DNA from: a virus
Virus record (IMG/VR): IMGVR_UViG_3300046744_000223
Location: 32,001-96,000 of that record
DNA: 64,000 nt
Reading direction: 5' to 3' (one strand)
Both the position numbers and the translations under genes were made by a program. This document shows positions 48,280 to 56,156 of the stretch, in pieces. The notes beneath the pieces were generated by a model. The model was not told where the DNA came from and made no database searches. It was given only the letters and a program-made list of their open reading frames with translations. Every line of letters begins with the position of its first letter. The first letter of the stretch is position 1.

Positions 48280-48466
48280 ACTACTAAGATACAACAATAT
48301 TCTTTAATATCCAAGCCATTCACCTTATATGGAACGATTCTAAATCATTCCTTAACCCCTGTAAACACTAGGGTTGAGAGGAATTAACATTTGTTAACTA
48401 TTTTTTTTATATATACCCCCCCACTAAGATACGAAAAATAACCCATATTGCCAAATATTTAGCCAT

Positions 48467-48659
48467 AAAGTTATCCACATCCCATTGTTAATAACTTTAA
48501 TAGTTACAATTGTAACACTTTGTTTCATTTGTAAGTCGCGGCTAACCATTGTAAGTCTATTAACAAATGTTAATATATGGTCAATATTCAGGCTTGGTGG
48601 CTCGGACTACCCACATTTTACCCTAAAAAAGTTATCCACAAAGGGCTGTTAATAACTTT
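48467..48659. promoter_or_regulatory. Two DnaA-box dyads AAAGTTATCCACA-N6-TGTTAATAACTTT; candidate replication origin
   Basis: Dyads at 48467-48498 and 48628-48659; each contains a perfect TTATCCACA. Confidence 0.6.
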
Positions 48660-48968
48660 CCTGTCAGAAATTTTGCTTGCTCGCGCGAAAGACACATAAT
48701 ACCAGTCTAATTTGTGGTAGTTAAGTAATAGTACCCTTTTCTGAAAGTGTGTTTGTGTTAATTGTGGTAAAAATGAATGATTGAGGGCTGGAAGGGGTAT
48801 ATGTTACTATCCTTACATTTTGTTATAAATCTAACACATTGTTTAAAAACTACACATTTTGTTAAGTGACTGATAGAAAATGTGGTAAAGTGGGGGAAAG
48901 TGGGGGTAAATGTGTAGTTATTTTACCCTTGTACGGACCACAATAGTAATCATTACCCTTATGAGCAT

Positions 48969-48990
48969 AAAAAAACCCCTATAAAGGGGT
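48969..48990 (-). terminator. Rho-independent terminator
   Basis: ACCCCT-TTAT-AGGGGT followed by a T run. Confidence 0.8.
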
Positions 48991-49071
48991 CTCTGAATAT
49001 TTGGTGGAAATTACACTAGCACTCTCCAGCTCTGATGTCCTCTGATAAGGTACGATAACCCTACGATGACC

Positions 49072-49293
49072 TTAGTGAGCTAATATAATTCTACCATAGT
49101 TATCAGAGGTTCGATAGAACTTAAATAGGTTTAACCTTAGAAACTCCTCTACTATATCTATCATATAGGTTGAATTGCCTGTTATTATCTCCCAGCCTTC
49201 CGTATCGTGATACCCTAATAGAGACCTTTCTAAGACTTCTTCTACGTCTCCATGCCTTACTCCATGTAAGTCTATTATGTTCTTCTTATTCAT
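49072..49293 (-). CDS. Smr-domain-like small protein
   Basis: IDLHG...IITGNS...N.G. Confidence 0.7.
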   Translation of the reverse strand: MNKKNIIDLHGVRHGDVEEVLERSLLGYHDTEGWEIITGNSTYMIDIVEEFLRLNLFKFYRTSDNYGRIILAH

Positions 49294-49594
49294 TATGTGG
49301 AGAGAATCTTTTAACCTTATCCTTATAGTTGGTTATAGAGTTCCCTATACTTAAAAGGTTATCTACTATAACTTCATAATGGGGATGTTCTTTGTCTATA
49401 CTATATACATGGTTATCTTTAATAACTCTGATTCTATTATTACGTTCGTCTATTTGTATATCCATAAGATTTAGCTGATTTAGTTTTATATCACTTTTTT
49501 TAATACTCGAAGTCATCATCATGATACTCTTCCGTTGGACTTGGTGGTAAGTCATCAAAACTTTGAGATGGGGGAATCTTGTCAAGAAGGTCAT
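49286..49594 (-). CDS. Hypothetical protein (start uncertain, probably shorter)
   Basis: ORF track; overlaps 49500..49784. Confidence 0.4.
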   Translation of the reverse strand: MTFLTRFPHLKVLMTYHQVQRKSIMMMTSSIKKSDIKLNQLNLMDIQIDERNNRIRVIKDNHVYSIDKEHPHYEVIVDNLLSIGNSITNYKDKVKRFSPHNE

Positions 49595-49784
49595 ACTTTG
49601 AATTTAAGTATCTATATCCACTCAAATCTTGCAATTCCTTATATACGCTAAAATACTCCAATGACATAAACGAACCATCTCCACGTAGAGGACTATTATT
49701 CAAAAAGAATTGGATTGTCTTATTCGTGTGTATGACGTTTACCCATACCTTTGTTCTTTCTCTTGGCATTTCTTTACTCATCAT
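49500..49784 (-). CDS. Hypothetical protein
   Basis: ORF track. Confidence 0.5.
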   Translation of the reverse strand: MMSKEMPRERTKVWVNVIHTNKTIQFFLNNSPLRGDGSFMSLEYFSVYKELQDLSGYRYLNSKYDLLDKIPPSQSFDDLPPSPTEEYHDDDFEY

Positions 49785-50021
49785 GTGTTATTTTATATGT
49801 GTATATTATCAATAAACCTAATACTATTAGTGCAAACATAATTAACCTTTATAACCTGTTATCCGGATACCATTCATCTAAGTCATCTAACCCGTGTCCA
49901 AGGGTTGTGTTGAAGTCCTGTAATTCATTTAATATAGAGGGATTTGGAAGTTTATCTTCCAAATTTTTCTTAGTCACACGAAATCGTTCGTGTCCATCTC
50001 GATGTGGGTCGGTCTGGCTTT

Positions 50022-50225
50022 TCATTGGTTACTTTGGATGTCGTTATATATATCTTCTTGTGTAATATCGAATGATATATGTGGCTTCTCCGAATACTCT
50101 AATTGACGTGACCAAACCGTTGGTATATCTTCTTGGAATTCTGCGATGTGATTGATTGGGGTGTTGTTCTTGTTACCGAATGTCTTCTTTGTGAACTGAG
50201 AGATAAGTTCGTAGATGGGTTTCAT
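50022..50225 (-). CDS. Hypothetical protein
   Basis: ORF track. Confidence 0.45.
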   Translation of the reverse strand: MKPIYELISQFTKKTFGNKNNTPINHIAEFQEDIPTVWSRQLEYSEKPHISFDITQEDIYNDIQSNQ

Positions 50226-50232
50226 AATGGTG

Positions 50233-50634
50233 TTACTCCTGTGGTTTTAAAAATATGTTGTATGACCTCTTTATTATATGTAGTATTTCTTTACTTATTG
50301 GAGTCAATTTATAGTGTTTTATTTCTTTAAATTTCACGAATTTTACTGATTTGTGTTCATTTAGTGTTGGCTTCCCACTTTCATACTTCAACATATAAGG
50401 AATAACCTCTATATCATTGATAATTCTTGTAGGTAACTCATGCCATATAAAGACCTCTATATCTAATTCTTCTCTCCACTCTCGTTTGATTGACTCGTCC
50501 GTATTTAAATCAGAATCATCAACCTTCCCACCTGGCAATTCCCAATAGTCTGGATATGAGTTGTTATCTGACTTACGTTGTCCTATAAGGAATGTATCAT
50601 AATCAAATAAAAATCCAGCTACTACTTTTAACAT
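50233..50634 (-). CDS. Nudix hydrolase (MutT-like)
   Basis: WELPGGKVD...SIKREWREELDI Nudix box. Confidence 0.88.
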   Translation of the reverse strand: MLKVVAGFLFDYDTFLIGQRKSDNNSYPDYWELPGGKVDDSDLNTDESIKREWREELDIEVFIWHELPTRIINDIEVIPYMLKYESGKPTLNEHKSVKFVKFKEIKHYKLTPISKEILHIIKRSYNIFLKPQE

Positions 50635-50810
50635 CTCTCTATCCCCAATGCATTATAGTCAATTGGTAATCCATATTCGGTATATGTACTACCCATTACT
50701 TTTAATATAGACATCATTTTCTCTGGCTCGGTATTCCATAATAGAGATGCCATAAAATGCTTTCCCATCATAGAACGGGTATTTGTTTGTTCACTATCGA
50801 AGTAATACAT
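50628..50810 (-). CDS. Hypothetical protein
   Basis: Overlap-coupled on both sides. Confidence 0.45.
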   Translation of the reverse strand: MYYFDSEQTNTRSMMGKHFMASLLWNTEPEKMMSILKVMGSTYTEYGLPIDYNALGIERC

Positions 50811-51711
50811 TTATCTTCTCCATTTTACCATTACTATATCTAACTACGTATAATCCACCATTATTTAGTGTTTTTATATCACTTCCCATATAGCGACCAC
50901 TCCAATCATACACTTTATATCGTGTATCTCGATATCCGATATTTTCTTCAATATCAAGTGTGGTTTGTGTCACTACAAATGTCCATTGAATCCGTTGGCT
51001 GGTGAGTAGGTATCCACTACGATATTTATCAATCTGAAATCCATAACCCACTCTTCCTAAAGTTGTACCTACAAATGTAATTGAATCATTATTAGCTGAT
51101 ATATTAGTTGATGTCTGTGTTTGAGGTACGAATACTCCATTTGAATAGGATGAATAGAGTTCGGTCATATATAAGTTGACTGAATCATTGTCATCATGTC
51201 CAAAATAACAATTAAAGATTCCCCACACCGGCTTCATAACATTCACACTATTACTCTGAACATTAATCCACATTGGGTTTTCCATATATGGTGTTGTGTT
51301 GTTTGGAACGTGCCAATAGTCCGTTGATATGACAAACTCTGAATTAGTAGAGTTAGTTGAGTTATTTAAGATTGACCAACAGCAATTGGTATATATAAAT
51401 CTATATTTGTTCGAATCTAAATTAATATAATCACTTCCGTAGTTTGCGGTGTTAAATCCTTGATGTGTGCCATTGTTGAATTTAGTAAGTGTAATATACC
51501 CATCCAAGTCATACGACCCTTGGGAATCCATCTCCCATATTTCTAAAGTTACATATTGTGGAAGTGTTGGGAATTGGTCACCTACAATATACATCCCAAT
51601 GGAAACGGAGTCTTGACTCTTTTGAGCAACTTGGATGATACCCCCCATAAAGTGAGATGCGTTAGCAGTTATACTTACTACTAATGTAATTAAAACTATT
51701 ATGTTTTTCAT
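50794..51711 (-). CDS. Secreted protein with T9SS type-A C-terminal sorting domain-like tail
   Basis: Signal peptide ending ANA-SHFMGG; CCW motif; C-terminal YKVYDWSGRY...GGLYVVRY.NGK.EKI. Confidence 0.65.
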   Translation of the reverse strand: MKNIIVLITLVVSITANASHFMGGIIQVAQKSQDSVSIGMYIVGDQFPTLPQYVTLEIWEMDSQGSYDLDGYITLTKFNNGTHQGFNTANYGSDYINLDSNKYRFIYTNCCWSILNNSTNSTNSEFVISTDYWHVPNNTTPYMENPMWINVQSNSVNVMKPVWGIFNCYFGHDDNDSVNLYMTELYSSYSNGVFVPQTQTSTNISANNDSITFVGTTLGRVGYGFQIDKYRSGYLLTSQRIQWTFVVTQTTLDIEENIGYRDTRYKVYDWSGRYMGSDIKTLNNGGLYVVRYSNGKMEKINVLLR

Positions 51712-51941
51712 AACTTTTGGTTACTGCTTTTAAATCTAATTGATGTTGTGGTCTTCTCGTGTTTGGTTTTACGACCTTTGACCCTCTTTCTCCACATCTT
51801 AAATGATGACTCTTTCATATGAGTTCTCATTATCTTACGAACCTCATTCTCTTTGATACCAAACTGAAATTCTATGGCTTCAAAGGGAGTTCTATCTTCC
51901 CATGCCATTTCAATGATTCTATCTATGTCGTCTGATTCCAA
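51708..51941 (-). CDS. TIGR03643/DUF2805 family protein
   Basis: DRIIEMAWEDRTPFEAIEFQFG...SSFKMWRKRVKGRKTKH. Confidence 0.9.
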   Translation of the reverse strand: MESDDIDRIIEMAWEDRTPFEAIEFQFGIKENEVRKIMRTHMKESSFKMWRKRVKGRKTKHEKTTTSIRFKSSNQKL

Positions 51942-52514
51942 TTATTTTAAATCCTTCCGAATATCTTTAATAACACGTTGTAAGTAGGACTTACGTTTTT
52001 TATCTGAAACGAATGGTACTGACCAAAATTGTTTTGTTTTTAACCACCTTGATGGTGACCATCCAAATACAAATGTGTATACACCCATAACTAACCGAAG
52101 TTTAACTGAGTTCAAGTAAAGTGTAAGTACTGGAAGTGCTGGTGCTCCGTGGGTGATGTAAGTTCTAACTATCTTATCTTTTAAGAATGGTTTAGGGTAT
52201 GCGTACTTACCAATGATAGGTACAAACTTGTATGCGAATCCTGGAGAAAATACTTCATCAAAGAATACTTCCAACCTCGGAGTCAATCTAAACCACCATA
52301 CTGGCGATACAAAATAGATTCTATCAGACCACGTAACATCTTCTTTATAACGATTAATTATATCAGTTCGTGGTCTCTCGAAGTTATCAGCGTATAAATC
52401 TGCTACTCTAATTTCTTCACTTTCTACATTCAATGTCTGTAAAATAGTTTTGTAGATACCATTATAACAAAATGAATTCTTATCAGGATGTGCTATTACT
52501 ATTAAGTTTTTCAT
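51942..52514 (-). CDS. NAD(P)H-dependent oxidoreductase (flavodoxin-2 fold)
   Basis: IAHPDKNSF, DLY..NF, SPVWW...P..L..FFDEV..PGFAY. Confidence 0.88.
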   Translation of the reverse strand: MKNLIVIAHPDKNSFCYNGIYKTILQTLNVESEEIRVADLYADNFERPRTDIINRYKEDVTWSDRIYFVSPVWWFRLTPRLEVFFDEVFSPGFAYKFVPIIGKYAYPKPFLKDKIVRTYITHGAPALPVLTLYLNSVKLRLVMGVYTFVFGWSPSRWLKTKQFWSVPFVSDKKRKSYLQRVIKDIRKDLK

Positions 52515-52517
52515 GTT

Positions 52518-52754
52518 TTAACTACACTTACCCTTAATTTCATTATATAGCTCGTCTGCATACCCCACGGGATCTTCGATGTGCTGAGCAGTAGATTCCA
52601 TTTTATGAATCAAGCAATTTTTAAAATGTTTACCACTTTTACCTTTTAGTAAAGTTTCTATTGCACATGCTTTCATCCATCCTCTTGGGTCGTTCCCTTG
52701 AACAGATGTTCTTACGTTATTAATTGCTTCAATACAAACTATTGGATTTGCCAT
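52518..52754 (-). CDS. Hypothetical Cys-containing protein
   Basis: ORF track. Confidence 0.55.
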   Translation of the reverse strand: MANPIVCIEAINNVRTSVQGNDPRGWMKACAIETLLKGKSGKHFKNCLIHKMESTAQHIEDPVGYADELYNEIKGKCS

Positions 52755-52757
52755 AAT

Positions 52758-52955
52758 TTATTTGTTTTTGTTTTTCATTCCAAAGTAAGTTCCTAATATT
52801 CCTATTATACCTGTGATTGATATTTGTATCAAATGTATAATTGATTCATCTACTGACCTGTTTTCTTTTAGAGAGATAATAAAATCCCCTATTATTAACA
52901 TTCCAAGTAAAAGGATTATACCTACTGATAAAAGAAATACTATCTTATCTTTCAT
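52758..52955 (-). CDS. Small two-TM membrane protein (holin-like topology)
   Basis: Two TM helices, GTYFG and a basic C-terminus. Confidence 0.5.
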   Translation of the reverse strand: MKDKIVFLLSVGIILLLGMLIIGDFIISLKENRSVDESIIHLIQISITGIIGILGTYFGMKNKNK

Positions 52956-53239
52956 ATTATGTTCTCGTTATTCAAAACATAATTAATTACTGAGGTCGAT
53001 GCGCCTGATTTTATAAAAGGGTCTAATCTACTCATTGCATCAGTAATATCCTTAGCAATAATCTGAGTAGTCTTTAATTTACTATTATGTAAGTAAATAC
53101 ATTCGTAGATTAAATGTTCTTTGATTTTAGATGTCGTAAGAACATTTATCTCCAATACAGCAGTAGTTCGCCCATTGTCTAATAACGTTTCTATTAGCTC
53201 CGACTTATCTCGTTTGTATTTTGATTTTAAACTACCCAT
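52952..53239 (-). CDS. Hypothetical protein
   Basis: ORF track. Confidence 0.55.
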   Translation of the reverse strand: MGSLKSKYKRDKSELIETLLDNGRTTAVLEINVLTTSKIKEHLIYECIYLHNSKLKTTQIIAKDITDAMSRLDPFIKSGASTSVINYVLNNENII

Positions 53240-53241
53240 CT

Positions 53242-53976
53242 CTATAATTTATATCCCAATGTTATTGCCCAAGTTGGGAGTGTTATATAAGTACCATCTG
53301 CGCCTTGATATCCAAGTCCTACTTCACCTGATAATGTAATACCATCCCAATTGGCTTTGTAACCACCCATTAATGATAGATTACCACCATAATAGTTTCC
53401 ATTATCATAACTTCTTGCTCTAGCTCTTACACTTGCGTATCTACCAACCATACCTGTTTTAGAGTAAAACCTAAAACCAACCATACCTGATGTTGCTTGT
53501 AAATCAAATAAAGTACTTCTACCTGATGAGAAGTCAAATAAGAACGATGATTTACATGATGTACTTAATTCAAGTCCAGCGCCGTAGTAACCATTGAGTA
53601 ATGTAAATGGTCTTATGTTTAACTCAAACTCAGTAAAACATTGCTGACCCTTTCTATATCTCATTTCGTTTCTTGTAGGTGGAGTGTAATAACGACCTTC
53701 ATAAACGTTATCTACATTATTACCCCTATCGTAACGATAATAGTCTCTATTGTAATCATTCTCACGTTGTTCATCACGATAGTTTATATCCTCGACTTGA
53801 GTGTTGTTTTGAACTGGATTGCTTGGTGTAACAATCGGTGTACTATTTTGAGAATTTACAGGAGTTATTTCATTGCCTGTTGATTCAATCTTAGTATTTG
53901 GACTACTATTAGGTTTGTTCTGACCCACTACACTTAAACCCAGTCCAAGTGTTAGTAATAGTATTAAATTTCTCAT
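53242..53976 (-). CDS. Outer-membrane beta-barrel-like protein (DUF3575-like)
   Basis: Signal peptide, disordered linker, amphipathic strands, C-terminal ITLGYKL beta-signal. Confidence 0.65.
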   Translation of the reverse strand: MRNLILLLTLGLGLSVVGQNKPNSSPNTKIESTGNEITPVNSQNSTPIVTPSNPVQNNTQVEDINYRDEQRENDYNRDYYRYDRGNNVDNVYEGRYYTPPTRNEMRYRKGQQCFTEFELNIRPFTLLNGYYGAGLELSTSCKSSFLFDFSSGRSTLFDLQATSGMVGFRFYSKTGMVGRYASVRARARSYDNGNYYGGNLSLMGGYKANWDGITLSGEVGLGYQGADGTYITLPTWAITLGYKL

Positions 53977-54587
53977 TGTGCTATAATAAAGTTAAACCAA
54001 TCCTGCCCTGCTACATCCGTATTAGGAAAGTAAAATTGATATATTTTGTTATCAAATGATATGGTTTTTGTAAACCCAATAGGTATAGCAGCGCCAGCTG
54101 GTACTCTATATGGAGTCTCTCCAAAATCCACCTCAACACTAACCATTACTTCAAAGAATTTAGCAAGGTTACGTTCGAAACGTTCCAACTCTTTCCATGG
54201 ACCACGATTGAGTCCTTCATGTTGTAATGCACAATTTAGATATGAGAATGTTTTCTTTAATGTTTCTCTATCACAATTGAATGCGGCCGCGGGTGCTAAA
54301 TGACCCCTATCCCATTCATTATTTTTGTAGTCATTATTATCTGATGTATTTACTGAATCATTAGTATAGAAGTCTAACCCACCTCTACTAACACCACCTG
54401 ATGGGCATTGTACTATATACGTCAATTTAAGTGGTTGTTGATAATCTTCAGAATATACTACTGTATATATGTCACTTTTTATTGTTTTTCCAGTCTGCCC
54501 ATGTGAGGTAACCGAACCAAGCAATAGTAATAATAGTAACGATAATCGTGTCAATGATGTTTTCATAGGATTCCATTTTCTATTCAT
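53973..54587 (-). CDS. Secreted DNA/RNA non-specific endonuclease
   Basis: WDRGHLAPAA, N..LQ...LNRGPWKELE; signal peptide; start probably 54587 or 54566. Confidence 0.9.
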   Translation of the reverse strand: MNRKWNPMKTSLTRLSLLLLLLLGSVTSHGQTGKTIKSDIYTVVYSEDYQQPLKLTYIVQCPSGGVSRGGLDFYTNDSVNTSDNNDYKNNEWDRGHLAPAAAFNCDRETLKKTFSYLNCALQHEGLNRGPWKELERFERNLAKFFEVMVSVEVDFGETPYRVPAGAAIPIGFTKTISFDNKIYQFYFPNTDVAGQDWFNFIIAQ

Positions 54588-55143
54588 CTTCGTTTTCTTC
54601 AGTATATATGTAAGTTGCATCTTCAAGTGCTTCGTCACGACATGATATCATTGCATCCGATACTTGGTCGTAAAAAATGTCAAGTTCATCATCATCATCG
54701 GTTTCGGGATATTCAAGTGTAGTGTCTTGATAGTCGTATAGACCTTCTAATTTAGATATTGCTGCACCACCAACAAAGTTATATCCCTCGTCTTCATAGG
54801 TCGCAGTCAATACAACGTCTTCATCAATTTCTTTAAGAATGTCATATAAACGTTCAAATGCTCCTGATGACCAATTCCAAGCTGAAGTTGTAGACATCTC
54901 AAATTCGTCATCTTCTAAACAACTAACATCTTCAATGTAACACCATTTAGCACCCATTCTTTCGGTGAATATACCCCTATCGTAATCTTCATCCTCATGA
55001 CCAGGCCATAGTAAGTCGTGAAAGTTTATCTCTTCACTATAATTCCACTTACCTTCTGGTAGAGTGAACATTTCTTTGAGTTTTTTAAATACTTGGTCAT
55101 TTCCTTTATGAACTTGAATCCAAGTTTGAACGTGATTTGCCAT
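54580..55143 (-). CDS. Hypothetical protein (DUF1281/YubB-like)
   Basis: MANH, GAKW, TSAW, YEDEG..FVG. Confidence 0.6.
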   Translation of the reverse strand: MANHVQTWIQVHKGNDQVFKKLKEMFTLPEGKWNYSEEINFHDLLWPGHEDEDYDRGIFTERMGAKWCYIEDVSCLEDDEFEMSTTSAWNWSSGAFERLYDILKEIDEDVVLTATYEDEGYNFVGGAAISKLEGLYDYQDTTLEYPETDDDDELDIFYDQVSDAMISCRDEALEDATYIYTEENEDE

Positions 55144-55144
55144 A

Positions 55145-55342
55145 TTAGTCTTCTATTAGTTCTGGCCATTCTGAATCTTCCAAGGCCTTGTCATTTACTA
55201 ACTCAAACTCTACCTCTTCAAGAACTTCATCTTGTAGGTCTTCATCATCTGACTTCCATTTTTCTACTTGTTCGGGAGTTAATTCCTCAGTCTCTTCCCA
55301 TCTGTAATCAGTATAGGTAACCAATTTTCTTAATCTTGCCAT
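55145..55342 (-). CDS. Hypothetical acidic protein
   Basis: ORF track. Confidence 0.55.
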   Translation of the reverse strand: MARLRKLVTYTDYRWEETEELTPEQVEKWKSDDEDLQDEVLEEVEFELVNDKALEDSEWPELIED

Positions 55343-55439
55343 TTATTCTTCGTTTTTAGTTGAACTTGTTTGCTCCGTTGTGATGTCTTCATCCCAATAG
55401 AGGAATATTTGATTGGTATTCATAGTCTAATATACAACA

Positions 55440-56156
55440 TTATTTTTTATTATCCAAACTTTTCTTATCTTCTAATAAGATTTGTTCATCTTTTTTTGGT
55501 TTAAGGTCTGGTGGTAAATCCGATTCTTCAACATCCCAACCAGTTTGCTTTTTTATGGTACGTAATACGTCCAACCTATCATCACGTGTGCCCGTACCCC
55601 AATACCATGCTAATGTTGATTTTTTATGTGATATACTTTCTTCTAGCTTTTTTAGATTCTTCAAAAGAATATCTTCGTCATCATCATCAAAATCATATTC
55701 TACATCATATTTACCAGCAAAATTAAGTAAAGTAGCTAAATCTAACTCATTAAATGCGTTGGACACTCTTTGAAACTCGGATTCAGTACCACCCTTATCA
55801 GGATGTGTGGCTATTGCTACTTTTTTATATAACTTCTTAATCCTATCAGGTCTATTTTTAATCTCAACGAGTCGTTTCTTCTTTTTTTCAGATTTCTCTC
55901 GTTCTACTCGTTTATTATCCTCTGCCATATCTTCGAACGACATACTTGGGGCTTCGTGTCGAACCTCTCCAGTTTCTTCATTTACCCAAATATGTCGTTC
56001 TTTAGCAGTAGGTGTACCTTTTTTAGGTTTTTTGTAGTATTTTTCGAAATAAAATTCAAAATCTGATACATACTCATCGAAAGACTCAATGGTATCCTCT
56101 TCTTCAAGTTTTAAATACTCATACTTTAAGTTATATTTTTTAAGCTTCCGATTCAC
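55440..56156 (-). CDS. J-domain (DnaJ-like) protein
   Basis: IKKLYKKVAIATHPDKGG...FQRVSNAF. Confidence 0.8.
   Translation of the reverse strand: MNRKLKKYNLKYEYLKLEEEDTIESFDEYVSDFEFYFEKYYKKPKKGTPTAKERHIWVNEETGEVRHEAPSMSFEDMAEDNKRVEREKSEKKKKRLVEIKNRPDRIKKLYKKVAIATHPDKGGTESEFQRVSNAFNELDLATLLNFAGKYDVEYDFDDDDEDILLKNLKKLEESISHKKSTLAWYWGTGTRDDRLDVLRTIKKQTGWDVEESDLPPDLKPKKDEQILLEDKKSLDNKK

Noticed and set aside
49017-49043. CIRCE (HrcA) operator at CTAGCACTC
   Set aside because: Only a half site is present; the second arm GAGTGCTAA is absent and no chaperone gene is adjacent.
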